Assembly (NCBI GenBank): GCA_964552565.1
Contig: CAZKGL010000001.1
Coordinates: forward strand, 25,875 to 89,874
DNA: 64,000 nucleotides
Source of the DNA: an uncultured Gammaproteobacteria bacterium
GTDB lineage: Bacteria; Patescibacteriota; Patescibacteriia; UBA9934
Reading direction: 5' to 3'
A program made the translations under genes and the position numbers. Below, piece by piece: positions 37,045 through 47,065 of the stretch. The notes under the pieces were generated by a model, which was not told where the DNA came from, ran no database searches, and was given only the letters and a program-made list of their open reading frames with translations. Numbering within the stretch: the stretch's first letter is position 1; each line of letters starts with the position of its first letter.

Positions 37045-37611
37045 TTACGGCGACACGATGACGGCGCGCGACGGCGTGCGGAGTCGGTTCAGGTAGCCGA
37101 TGATGGTGCGGACGTGCACGTCGAGCTTGCCGCGCTTGTCCCGGCCGAGCACGAGCCCGTTCAGGCCATCGCGGCGCTCGACGTACGCCTGAAGTGCGGT
37201 TGCGAGGCGTTCCTTTTTGCCGACACCCCACATTCCAGGGTCCGCGATGATGACCGCGGTCGTCGACGGGATGACGCCGAGCGCCTCCTCCGCGCCACGG
37301 CGGAGCGCGAGGACCTTGTGGAGCCACGGCGTCGCGTGCGCTTCCGCGGGAATTGCGCGGTAGGCGATGAGGTGCACGACGGGGAGGCCGGGGGTGCCGG
37401 CGTATGCGCACCGCATCCACGTGTCATGCAGCTCCGCTTCCTTGTACAGCACCTGTGCTGTCCGGGGCGGGACGCGGGCGTGCCCGCTGCGCCACAGGAC
37501 GACGTGCTCGTACTGCAGCGCGGAGTACCCGCTCTTCGTGATCGCGTCCATGAGGTTGGCGGGGAGCGTTTCCCAGCCGTCATGGACGATTTTCCCAACG
37601 ATTTTTGGCAC
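37045..37611 (-). CDS. Hypothetical protein
   Basis: AAGGAGG SD before GTG; alpha/beta pattern. Confidence 0.55.
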   Translation of the reverse strand: MPKIVGKIVHDGWETLPANLMDAITKSGYSALQYEHVVLWRSGHARVPPRTAQVLYKEAELHDTWMRCAYAGTPGLPVVHLIAYRAIPAEAHATPWLHKVLALRRGAEEALGVIPSTTAVIIADPGMWGVGKKERLATALQAYVERRDGLNGLVLGRDKRGKLDVHVRTIIGYLNRLRTPSRAVIVSP

Positions 37612-37728
37612 CTTCCTCCTTCTCCTCAGTATCAGCGCATCGGAGGAACGGAAGAAAATACCAGAAATTTCGCAAAAAGTCAAGGAAAATGTTTGACCGC
37701 GGAATGTATTTCGGCTAACATTCGCGCC

Positions 37729-39759
37729 ATGAATATTTCCGAACTCGCCCGCCGCTTGCGGGTCTCAACCGAAGAACTCCGCAGCAAGCTCCCCGAGCTT
37801 GGTTTTGACATTGGCGGCAAGGCCATCAAAATTCCGGATCGCGACGCGGGCCGCATCATGAATGCGTGGCAGGAAATGAAAAAGCGCCAGTACCTCCAGA
37901 AGAAAATGGAGGACCAAAAGGCGCGTCTCGAGCGCAAGGAAAAGGTGAAGGCGGGCGAAGCCGAACGCGTGAAGATCCCGGCGACGATTTCGGTGCGCGA
38001 TTTCGCGACCGCGCTCAACGTCCCGATCCAAAAGGTCATGCAGGAACTCATGCGGAACGGCGTCCTCGCGTCCCTCAACGAGCGCATCGACTTTGATACG
38101 GCGAGTATTATCGCCGAAGACCTTGGGTACATTTGCGAACTCGAGGACGGCGGCAAGGCGGAAGACGCGGTGCAGGAGTCGCGCATCGCCGACGTCATGC
38201 AGGCGGAGGCACAGGCGAACCTCGTCGCGCGCCCGCCGGTCATCGTCGTCATGGGCCACGTCGACCACGGCAAGACGCTCCTCCTCGACACCATCCGCAA
38301 AACCCGCGTCATCGACACGGAGGCAGGCGGCATCACGCAGCACATCGGCGCATACCAGGTCGCAAAGAACGGCCGCGCGTTGACGTTCATCGACACGCCG
38401 GGCCATGAGGCGTTCACCGTCATGCGCTCTCGCGGCGCGAAAGTCGCGGACATCGCCATCCTCGTCGTTGCCGCGGACGACGGCATCCAGCCGCAGACGC
38501 GCGAAGTCATCGACATCATCAAGGCCGCGCAGATGCCGTTCATCGTCGCCATCAACAAGATCGATAAGCCGGAGGCGAACCCGGAGCGCGTCAAAAGCCA
38601 GCTCGCGGAGGTCGGTCTCGTGCCGGAAGATTGGGGCGGCAAAACCATTTGCGTCCCGGTGTCGGCAAAGGCGGGGCTCAACATCGACCAGTTGCTCGAC
38701 ATGCTCCTCCTTGTCGCGGACATGGAAAAGGAGCGTATTGTCGCCAATCCGGACCGTCATGCCATCGGTACGATCATCGAGTCGCACGTCGACAAGGGGC
38801 AGGGACCGGTTGCGACCGTGCTTGTCCAGACCGGAACCCTCAAGGTGCAGGACACGCTTGGGGTGCGCGGCGCCCTGTACGGCCGCGTCCGCGCCATGAA
38901 GACGTTTGACGGCCGCGACATCAAAGAGGCGTTGCCGTCGACCCCGGTGAAGATTCTCGGATTCAAGGAGGCGCCGTCCGTCGGCGACATCCTTGAGGTG
39001 CCGGAAGACCCGGCCGCGCTTGAGAAGCTCCGCCTCCAGCCGTCGCGCAAGTCGGGCGTCGAGGAGCTCACGGTGAAGCACGCGCATGCCATCGAAGAAC
39101 AGGCCGACGCGCAGGAAGGCGAGTCGAAGGTGAAATTGAACCTCGTCGTGAAGGCGGACGTGCTTGGGTCGCTCGAGGCGCTGCTTGGCATGCTCGAAAA
39201 GATCGACAACCCGTATGTCGGCATGGAGATCGTCGGCAAAGGCCTTGGCAACGTGACGGACGCGGACGTCCTGCGCGCCGAAGCGGCGAACGCGACGGTC
39301 GTCGCCTTCAGCGTGAAGGCGCCGCCGCAGGTGGAAGAGCTCGCCCGCACGAAGAACGTTCCCATCGAGGAGTACACGGTCATCTACCGCCTGTTCGAAC
39401 AGGTCGTCGAAAAACTGAAGAAGCTCATGCCGGCCGAAAAGGTCTACACGGAACTCGGCAGCGGCGAAGTGCTCGCGCTCTTCAAGAAGACGGACAAGGG
39501 GCACATCGTCGGGTGCCGCGTGAAGAAGGGCAAGTTCATGGCGGGCGCCACCGTGCGCGTGCTCCGCGGCGGCCAGGTGGTCGGCGAGGGCAAGGCCGAG
39601 GCGGTCCAGGTCGGCAGGTCGGCGGTCACGGACGTGCTGGCCGGGCAGGAATGCGGCCTCGCATTCGCCGGGAAAACAAAGATCGAAATCGGCGATATTC
39701 TCGAGCTCTACCGCGAGGAATTGCATGCACGCACACTGACGGTTGAAGGACTTAAATAA
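37729..39759 (+). CDS. infB: Translation initiation factor IF-2
   Basis: [31 protein letters not shown]. Confidence 0.97.
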   Translation: MNISELARRLRVSTEELRSKLPELGFDIGGKAIKIPDRDAGRIMNAWQEMKKRQYLQKKMEDQKARLERKEKVKAGEAERVKIPATISVRDFATALNVPIQKVMQELMRNGVLASLNERIDFDTASIIAEDLGYICELEDGGKAEDAVQESRIADVMQAEAQANLVARPPVIVVMGHVDHGKTLLLDTIRKTRVIDTEAGGITQHIGAYQVAKNGRALTFIDTPGHEAFTVMRSRGAKVADIAILVVAADDGIQPQTREVIDIIKAAQMPFIVAINKIDKPEANPERVKSQLAEVGLVPEDWGGKTICVPVSAKAGLNIDQLLDMLLLVADMEKERIVANPDRHAIGTIIESHVDKGQGPVATVLVQTGTLKVQDTLGVRGALYGRVRAMKTFDGRDIKEALPSTPVKILGFKEAPSVGDILEVPEDPAALEKLRLQPSRKSGVEELTVKHAHAIEEQADAQEGESKVKLNLVVKADVLGSLEALLGMLEKIDNPYVGMEIVGKGLGNVTDADVLRAEAANATVVAFSVKAPPQVEELARTKNVPIEEYTVIYRLFEQVVEKLKKLMPAEKVYTELGSGEVLALFKKTDKGHIVGCRVKKGKFMAGATVRVLRGGQVVGEGKAEAVQVGRSAVTDVLAGQECGLAFAGKTKIEIGDILELYREELHARTLTVEGLK

Positions 39760-39802
39760 GCGTGAGAGAATGCCGGGGTCAGACCCGGTATTCTTCTTTT
39801 CT

Positions 39803-40120
39803 ATGGCACACATCGAGTTGACTGCAGAGAATTTTGACGCCTCCATTACCCAGGCCGGCGGGGCGGTCCTTGTCGACTTTTGGGCGCCGTGGTGCGGCCC
39901 GTGCAAGGTCATGTCGCCGATTGTCGACGAGCTTGCGGCGGCGACGCCGGGGCTTTCGGTCGGCAAGGTGAATGTGGACGAGCATCCGGCGCTTGCGCAA
40001 CGTTTCAACGTGCTTTCCATCCCGACCTTTATCGTCTTCAAGGGCGGCTCGGTTGTTGAACAGTTCTCGGGCTCCATGAGCAAAGACGCGCTCGCGGCCC
40101 GTGTCAGCCGGCACATCTAA
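39803..40120 (+). CDS. trxA: Thioredoxin
   Basis: WCGPC. Confidence 0.96.
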   Translation: MAHIELTAENFDASITQAGGAVLVDFWAPWCGPCKVMSPIVDELAAATPGLSVGKVNVDEHPALAQRFNVLSIPTFIVFKGGSVVEQFSGSMSKDALAARVSRHI

Positions 40121-40224
40121 ACATTCCGGCCGGGTCCTGCCGCCTTCGCACCCTGTTGGGTGCTCGACTGGCGTCTGCGCGCCCAAGCAGGGGACCTGCT
40201 CGGCGTCACCCGGCCGATACTGCT

Positions 40225-41148
40225 ATGCACAAGAACGTCGCCATCATCGGTTCCGGCCCGGCCGGCTATACCGCCGCAATTTATGCCGCACGCGCCAACC
40301 TCGCGCCGGTCATGTTTTTTGGCCCGCAGCCGGGCGGACAGCTGACGATTACGAGTGAGGTCGAGAACTGGCCCGGGGAGCCGGAGGGCATCATGGGCCC
40401 GGAGCTCATGGAAAAGCTCAAAAAGCAGGCCGCGCGGTTTGGCACGGAGTTTGTTGAAGATTGGGTGACGCAGGTCGACCTCAATGCCCGGCCGTTCGTC
40501 ATTACGACGCAGGGCGGGGTGGTCTGCGAGGCGGAGACGGTGATCATCGCGACCGGCGCGTCCGCAAAGTGGCTGGGCATTCCCGGCGAGAAGGAGTTCC
40601 AGGGCCGCGGCGTGTCGGCGTGCGCGACGTGCGACGGATTTTTCTTTCGCGACAAGAAGGTCGTCGTCGTCGGCGGCGGCGACAGCGCCATGGAAGAGGC
40701 GACCTTCCTTACGAAATTCGCCCGCGAGGTCGTTGTGCTCGTCCGCACCGACAAACTGCGCGCATCGAAGATCATGCAGGAGCGCGCATTCCGCAACCCG
40801 AAGATCCGCTTCGAGTATTTCGCGCAGCCAAAAGCGCTCGTCGGCGGCGAGAAGCTCACCGGCGTGACGGTCGTCAACGCGCAGACGGGGGAGGAGTCGC
40901 TTATCGAGACCGATGGGTTCTTCGTTGCGATCGGCCACGAACCGAATACGAAGCTGTTTGCCGGCCAGCTTGATTTGGATGAAAAAGGCTACCTGAAGCA
41001 CGAACCGGATTCGACAAAGACGAAGATCCCCGGCGTGTTCGCGTGCGGCGACGTGATCGACCATTACTACCGCCAGGCGGTGACCGCCGCGGGGACCGGC
41101 TGTATGGCCGCCCTCGACGCGGAACGCTATCTCGCAAGTAAGGAATAA
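40225..41148 (+). CDS. trxB: Thioredoxin reductase
   Basis: GSGPAG, CATCDG, GGGDSA. Confidence 0.96.
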   Translation: MHKNVAIIGSGPAGYTAAIYAARANLAPVMFFGPQPGGQLTITSEVENWPGEPEGIMGPELMEKLKKQAARFGTEFVEDWVTQVDLNARPFVITTQGGVVCEAETVIIATGASAKWLGIPGEKEFQGRGVSACATCDGFFFRDKKVVVVGGGDSAMEEATFLTKFAREVVVLVRTDKLRASKIMQERAFRNPKIRFEYFAQPKALVGGEKLTGVTVVNAQTGEESLIETDGFFVAIGHEPNTKLFAGQLDLDEKGYLKHEPDSTKTKIPGVFACGDVIDHYYRQAVTAAGTGCMAALDAERYLASKE

Positions 41149-41330
41149 GGCGGAATTTGACGCAGATGCCGGGCTGTGCGACAACGCGAAGTCCGGATGG
41201 AAACGGTCGCGGTGCGGAGGACGCCCCATCTACGAAACATGTCGCCGCGGGCCCACCATTTCCATCCGACTTCGTGGCCGTCCGTTCTCTCCGGCGTCAC
41301 ACGGTCGGCCGGCGCCTCGGGAGTACTGCC

Positions 41331-42602
41331 TCACTCCCGGGGCGCCTTTCCGTTTTTGGCCCCCCCGCTTTTCGGAAGATACGTCCGACCGCGGAGGCGT
41401 TCGGGAAGGTAGTCTTGTTTGGCTTCCTCGGGACTCGGGAACTTCGGCGTGTACTTGTAGCCCTTGCCGTACCCGAGTTCTTTCATGAGTGTTGTCGGCG
41501 CGTTGCGGATGTGGAGCGGGACCGGTTCGTTGGGGAGGTTTCGGATGTCGTCTTGCACCTTCCCGTACGCGACGTAGAGCGCGTTGCTTTTCGGCGCCTG
41601 CGCGAGATACGCGACGGACTGCGCAAGGGTGACGTTGCACTCCGGCATGCCGAGCATGTGGCTTGCCTGGTATGCGGCGACGGCCTGGACGAGGGCGTTC
41701 GGATCCGCGAGGCCGATGTCTTCGGACGCGAAACGGATGAGCCGGCGCGCGACGTACAACGGGTCTTCGCCGCCCTCAAGCATGCGGCCAAGCCAGTACA
41801 GCGCCGCGTCCGCATCGCTGCCGCGCATCGATTTGTGGAGCGCGGAGATGATGTTGTAGTGCTCCTCGCCCTGGCGGTCGTACAGGAGGTGGCTGCGTTG
41901 GAGCGCGGTGGCGACATCGTCTTTGGTGATGACGCCGTTGACCGCCGTCTTCCCGGCGAGCTCGAGCGCATTGAGCGCCGTGCGCGCGTCGCCGTTCGCC
42001 ATGACTGCGAGCGCGTCGAGCGCTCCATCTTCCGCGGTGACGTCTCCGAGCGAAGGCAGCGCACGGTCGAGGATACGGCGAATGTGTTCCGGCGCCAGTT
42101 GTTCGAGCACGAAGACGCGGCAGCGCGAAAGCAGCGCGGAGTTCACTTCGAACGACGGGTTTTCCGTTGTTGCGCCGATGAGCGTGATGATGCCGGCCTC
42201 GACTGCGGGGAGGAACGCGTCCTGCTGCGCTTTGTTAAAGCGGTGGATTTCGTCGACAAACAAGATGGTGCGCTCGCGATAGAACTTTTTCCGGTTTTCC
42301 GCATCCAAAATAATCGCACGGACGTCTTTGACGCTCCCGGAGACCGCGCTGAACGGGACGAACTTCGCCTTTGTCATCTCGGCGATCATGCGTCCGAGCG
42401 TCGTCTTCCCGGTGCCTGGCGGACCCCAGAAGATCATGCTTGGCACCTCGTCCTTCTCGATGGCGCGGCGGAGCATGGCTCCCTCGCCGACGAGCGCCTT
42501 TTGCCCCATGAACTCCTCGAGCGTCTTCGGCCGCATGCGGTCTGCAAGCGGTGTGCCAACGGAAGGTTCTTTTTTTGCCAGCGCGTCGAAGAGGTCGTCC
42601 AT
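41331..42602 (-). CDS. rarA: Replication-associated recombination protein A (MgsA)
   Basis: [35 protein letters not shown]. Confidence 0.95.
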   Translation of the reverse strand: MDDLFDALAKKEPSVGTPLADRMRPKTLEEFMGQKALVGEGAMLRRAIEKDEVPSMIFWGPPGTGKTTLGRMIAEMTKAKFVPFSAVSGSVKDVRAIILDAENRKKFYRERTILFVDEIHRFNKAQQDAFLPAVEAGIITLIGATTENPSFEVNSALLSRCRVFVLEQLAPEHIRRILDRALPSLGDVTAEDGALDALAVMANGDARTALNALELAGKTAVNGVITKDDVATALQRSHLLYDRQGEEHYNIISALHKSMRGSDADAALYWLGRMLEGGEDPLYVARRLIRFASEDIGLADPNALVQAVAAYQASHMLGMPECNVTLAQSVAYLAQAPKSNALYVAYGKVQDDIRNLPNEPVPLHIRNAPTTLMKELGYGKGYKYTPKFPSPEEAKQDYLPERLRGRTYLPKSGGAKNGKAPRE

Positions 42603-42697
42603 AGATGGTTACTTTATCGGACTTCGACAGAATGCAACAGACCGTAAAAACAGGAACGCGGCGCCCGCCCGGATGGGAGGGAGCCGCGTTGAAGAAA

Positions 42698-43294
42698 CTA
42701 TCCGCCGGCCTCGATGGTGGCCGTGAAGCGCGCCATCTGGCTCGGCGAGAAGTGCGTGTCCGCACGCTCGACCAGCCGGTGCTCAAGGCTGTGGTAGAGG
42801 GTGACGGCCGCACCACGCTTGCCCGCCGCGATCATGCGACGCGCCAGAACTTCGGCGCGGCCCGGGGCGTTGTAGGCGCCGGCGCTGACCATCCACATGA
42901 CCACTTCGTCGAGCGACCACTGCGACGTGCCGCCGTCGGTGTCGAGCATGCCCGCGGATGCGTTCATCTCGAGGTAGGTGCGGTCGCGGGAGTCGGGGAG
43001 CCCCTTGGCCGCGGCGAGCGCGTAGTTGAAGCAGCCGATGCGCACACCCGCCTGGTCGCTGGAGGCTCCGAGGTGCTCGTATGCCACGCTGCGCCAGAAC
43101 GCCGGGAACCCGCGGTCCGCGATGAGCTCGCAGGAGGACCGGAAGCCGGCCGGGTCGGCGCGCCAGTCGGTGCTGCGCGCGATCATGTCGACGATGCGGC
43201 TGTCGAAGCCCGCTTCTGCGGCGAGCCGCCGCGCCTCTTCGGGCTTGCCTTCCGCGGTGGCGCGGATCATGGAGTGGAGTTTGAACAGGTACAT
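42698..43294 (-). CDS. Hypothetical helical protein
   Basis: GC3-rich reading frame; no recognisable motif. Confidence 0.55.
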   Translation of the reverse strand: MYLFKLHSMIRATAEGKPEEARRLAAEAGFDSRIVDMIARSTDWRADPAGFRSSCELIADRGFPAFWRSVAYEHLGASSDQAGVRIGCFNYALAAAKGLPDSRDRTYLEMNASAGMLDTDGGTSQWSLDEVVMWMVSAGAYNAPGRAEVLARRMIAAGKRGAAVTLYHSLEHRLVERADTHFSPSQMARFTATIEAGG

Positions 43295-43500
43295 TGGTGC
43301 CCCCGATGGGGTTCCGCGTTGATGGACACAGCCGTAGCTGCGGGTGAAGTATACAAAATTTGGCTTAGTTGTCAACCATTTTGTGGAGTCCGCAGACAAA
43401 AAACTCACACTGTAAGCCCTTCTAGGGCTAGGCCTTGGGGTGGGGCCTGGCCTGGCGTAGGCTTGGCGTTTCGGCGTGGAGTAGCGTATCGTGGCGGCAC

Positions 43501-43836
43501 ATGGGACGGGGAGCGCCGGTGGACTCAGAAGCCGCCGTCGCGTCTCCAAACGCCGGCGGATTTCCTCGAAGCTACACTCTTGCGGTAAAAGAACGGCGCC
43601 CCCTGTCCCATCTTTCTGCGCTCGCCCATGTCCGTCCTTCATCAACCGCCGTCCATCCCGGCGGACGTGGGACGAGCGCACTTCTTGCTGATGCGATGTC
43701 GCGGCGTCCGTCGCGATGGCACGCCTCCGTGTGTTGCGAGCACACGTCGAGGCAACGGACGCTTCGCACCAGCAAGCCCCCGGGTTCTCCATGGATGCGC
43801 CACCCCCACCTTCGGCCATCCGTGGAGACCCGGGGT
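43501..43836. other. Structured non-coding segment (four consecutive long hairpins)
   Basis: Stems 43501-43611, 43620-43678, 43684-43776, 43777-43836; no credible ORF. Confidence 0.45.
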
Positions 43837-43840
43837 GTCT

Positions 43841-44740
43841 TTATTTGGCAACCTTCCTCAGCTTCGCGACAAAGAATCCTTCCGCAACCGCACTTGGGAG
43901 GAGCGTCACGCTGCCATTCTTGTGCTGCGTGATCGGGGAGAAGGGGAGTGCGACCGGTTCCGCCTTCATGAAGGGATATTCTGCAAGGATCCAATCGACC
44001 ATCCCCTCGTTTTCTTCGGGTGCGAGCGTACAGGTTGAATAGACGAGCGTGCCGCCGGGCTTGAGGCATGCGACGGCGGAGCGCAGGAGACGCCGCTGGA
44101 GCTTGGCGTGGGCGACGATATTCTTTTCGCTCCAGAACCCGTAGCTTCGCTTGTCGCCGAGACGGATGCGCCCCTCTGCCGAGCACGGGACGTCGGCGAG
44201 GATCTTGTCGAAGACCTCGGGCATCTCGTGGTGGAGGAGGGTGGCATCGATGTTCCGCGCATCGACACATGATGCACCCTGAACACGAATGGTGTTCATG
44301 AGCTTTTGGTATCGAACACTATTTTCTTCACACGCGACGATTTTCCCGGCGTTGCCCATGAGCGCAGCGAGTTGCGACGTCTTGCTACCGGGCGCGGCGC
44401 ATAAATCCAGCACGGTTTCATTGGGGTTTGGCGCAAGGATGAGAGGAGGGAGCATCGAGGTGAGTCCTTGAACATAGATGTTGCCCTCCTTCGCAAGCGG
44501 GAGCGCCAACACCTCATCGTCCGTCATGTTGCGGACGCTGAACGCATGCGGGATCTCCTTGCTGCGCGCAAATTGTGCTCGGGCCTCACGCAGCACTTCC
44601 ATCACCTTTTCATCCGTCGCCTTGAGCGTATTCGTGCGGAACGTCGGGTTCCGGTCGACGGCAAACGCGCGCAATATCGCCTCCTTGCCGGAGACGCCGA
44701 ATTGCGCGGCGAGCCTGTCGATAAACGCTTGCGGGAGCAT
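43841..44740 (-). CDS. RsmB/RsmF (NOL1/NOP2) RNA m5C methyltransferase
   Basis: DLCAAPGSKT, DVPCSAEG, VYSTCT. Confidence 0.92.
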   Translation of the reverse strand: MLPQAFIDRLAAQFGVSGKEAILRAFAVDRNPTFRTNTLKATDEKVMEVLREARAQFARSKEIPHAFSVRNMTDDEVLALPLAKEGNIYVQGLTSMLPPLILAPNPNETVLDLCAAPGSKTSQLAALMGNAGKIVACEENSVRYQKLMNTIRVQGASCVDARNIDATLLHHEMPEVFDKILADVPCSAEGRIRLGDKRSYGFWSEKNIVAHAKLQRRLLRSAVACLKPGGTLVYSTCTLAPEENEGMVDWILAEYPFMKAEPVALPFSPITQHKNGSVTLLPSAVAEGFFVAKLRKVAK

Positions 44741-44769
44741 GCGTCGAAGTGTATGTTCGAACGTAGCCT

Positions 44770-45978
44770 ATGTCCAATCCCTTTGCTGCATTTCATTACC
44801 AGCTCGACCGTGTCGCCGCGTGCAAGGCGTTCCCATCGGAGTTTCTTGCGGCGCTGAAGAAACCGATGCGCGAAATCAACGAAACAATATCGGTCGTCAT
44901 GGACGACGGGACGACGAAATCCTTCGCGGCGTACCGCGTGCAGCACAACAACTGGCGCGGCCCGTTTAAGGGCGGCATCCGCTACCACGCGAACGTCGAT
45001 ATCGACGAAGTGCGCGCGCTCGCGTCGTGGATGACGTTCAAGACCGCGGTCGTGGGTATTCCAATGGGCGGCGGCAAGGGCGGCGTCACCGTTGACCCGA
45101 AGGCGCTGTCCACCGGCGAGCGCGAACGGCTCACGCGTGCGTGGGCGACAGTCATGAAGCCCTTCATCGGCCCCGAGGTCGACGTCCCTGCGCCAGACGT
45201 GAACACGTCATCCCGTGAAATGGACATTATCGCACAGGAGTTCGGCCATCCTGCGGTCGTCACGGGAAAGTCGATCGCCGCGGGCGGCAGCCTTGGCCGC
45301 GACACGGCGACGGCGATGGGCGGATGGTTTGTGTTCGACGCGCTGCGGCCGCAGCTTTTCCTTGATCCGGAGATGGCGACCGTCGCCATCCAAGGCTTCG
45401 GGAACGCCGGCGCGACGTTTGCGGAGATCGCGCACCGCCACGGCATGAAGGTCGTCGCGGTGTCCGATTCCAAGAGCGGCGTCTACAATCCCGCCGGCCT
45501 CGATGTGCCGGAGCTCGCGCTGCACAAGAAGGCGCTCGGCACGCTGAAGGGGTTTGCCGGTGCGCAGGAGATCACGAACGCGGAGATCCTCGAGCTCGAG
45601 TGCGGCCTGCTTGTTCCGGCGGCGCTTGAGGGGCAGATGACCGCGGACAATGCGCCGCGCATCAAGGCGAAAGTCGTCTTGGAGCTCGCAAACGGGCCGA
45701 CGACGCCGGAGGCCGACGACATCCTGTTCGAAAAAGGGGTCATCGTCATCCCGGACATCCTCGCGAATGCGGGTGGCGTGACGGTAAGCTATTTTGAATG
45801 GGACCAAAACATGAAGGGGGAACGGTGGACCGCGGAAGACGTCCACGCCAAGCTGAAGACGGTCATGGAAAACGCCGCGCGCGAGGTGGCGAAACGCAAG
45901 GAGGAATGCAAGACCGACTTCCGTCGCGGCGCCTTTGTCCTTGCCTTGGAGCGCCTGCACGACGCAATGCCGAAATAA
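44770..45978 (+). CDS. gdhA: Glutamate dehydrogenase (Glu/Leu/Phe/Val family)
   Basis: KGGIRYH, GGGKGG, PAPD, QGFGNAG, NAGGVTVSYFEW. Confidence 0.92.
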   Translation: MSNPFAAFHYQLDRVAACKAFPSEFLAALKKPMREINETISVVMDDGTTKSFAAYRVQHNNWRGPFKGGIRYHANVDIDEVRALASWMTFKTAVVGIPMGGGKGGVTVDPKALSTGERERLTRAWATVMKPFIGPEVDVPAPDVNTSSREMDIIAQEFGHPAVVTGKSIAAGGSLGRDTATAMGGWFVFDALRPQLFLDPEMATVAIQGFGNAGATFAEIAHRHGMKVVAVSDSKSGVYNPAGLDVPELALHKKALGTLKGFAGAQEITNAEILELECGLLVPAALEGQMTADNAPRIKAKVVLELANGPTTPEADDILFEKGVIVIPDILANAGGVTVSYFEWDQNMKGERWTAEDVHAKLKTVMENAAREVAKRKEECKTDFRRGAFVLALERLHDAMPK

Positions 45979-46088
45979 TCACGAAGATTCGCAGTGAAAG
46001 CCGCCTCGTTTCTTTGACAACCAGGCGGTTTTCGTATTGAATGGGCGCGCCACACACGCACCCCCAACCCGTGGCCTCCGGAGTCCCC

Positions 46089-46967
46089 GTGCACATCCGT
46101 CCCCCCGTCCTCCCGACCGACCTGGCGACGCGCTACGTCGTCGCCCGTACGCTGGTCGATCTCGGCTACACGCTCGAGGAGATCGCGCTGCTCTTCGACC
46201 GCCCCACGGCGGAGTGGATCGTCACGCAGCACATCGGCAAGCCGACGGTCGAGATCGCGCCGCCGCGCCTCTACACCGTCCGCTTCCTCCGCGCCATCGC
46301 GCTCAGCCCGCAGCGCGGCCTCCACACCGAGGCCGAGCGGTGCCTGCACGAGATCCTCGAGTACGCGCTGTCGCTCGAGTCGATGCCCGCGTTCATCGAG
46401 GGCCAGCGCATGGCGTACGCGTCCAGCGCGTCGGGAGCGGACGGGCTCGACACCCTCCTGACCGCCCTGTTCGGTCCCCGGGATGCCGACGCGGCGCTGC
46501 CGGAGGCCGGGGAGATCTGGGCGGGCTTCTGTGACTCCTTCGTGCAGACCTTCGACGCGGGCGAGGAGCGCGTGCTGCCGCAGCGCGTCGGCGACCTCCA
46601 GCGCCTCGTCAACGGCTACATCGTCGCGGCCTACCCGCAGGCGGTTGATGTGCGGATGACGCCGTCGACGCGCAAGGTGGTCACGAATACGCTTCGCCGC
46701 ACGGTGCGGGATGCCGACGCGTGGACGTGGATCGTCCTGCGCTACGGCACGACCGGCGACACGCCGATGACGGACGGGGCGATCGCGGAGATGGTGGGCG
46801 AGTCCCCGGCGCACGTGCGGCGGATGATCGCCGAGGCGATGACGCAAGTCCGCGATTCCTCGATCGACGTCACGCTCATCTGCCAGCTCACCGGTCGTGA
46901 CGACTACCTCGCGCGCCTCCGGTACGCGCGGTCGTACGCCGACCGCGAGATCACCTACACGACGTAG
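46089..46967 (+). CDS. Hypothetical protein with C-terminal sigma70 region 4-like HTH
   Basis: LRYG..GDTPMT..IAEMVGES.AHVRRM..EAM..VR. Confidence 0.6.
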   Translation: MHIRPPVLPTDLATRYVVARTLVDLGYTLEEIALLFDRPTAEWIVTQHIGKPTVEIAPPRLYTVRFLRAIALSPQRGLHTEAERCLHEILEYALSLESMPAFIEGQRMAYASSASGADGLDTLLTALFGPRDADAALPEAGEIWAGFCDSFVQTFDAGEERVLPQRVGDLQRLVNGYIVAAYPQAVDVRMTPSTRKVVTNTLRRTVRDADAWTWIVLRYGTTGDTPMTDGAIAEMVGESPAHVRRMIAEAMTQVRDSSIDVTLICQLTGRDDYLARLRYARSYADREITYTT

Positions 46968-47065
46968 CGACGAACGCCGCGCTGCCCGACGGTTCCACTC
47001 CGGAGCCGTCGGGCGCAATGTTTTTATTGCAGTTTTCCGCCGCTCCCGATACGATGTGCGCCAGT

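Noticed and set aside
43540-43572. GAGGAAATCC on the minus strand resembling RNase P conserved region I
   Set aside because: It pairs locally in a short hairpin; other RNase P conserved regions and the P4 partner were not found
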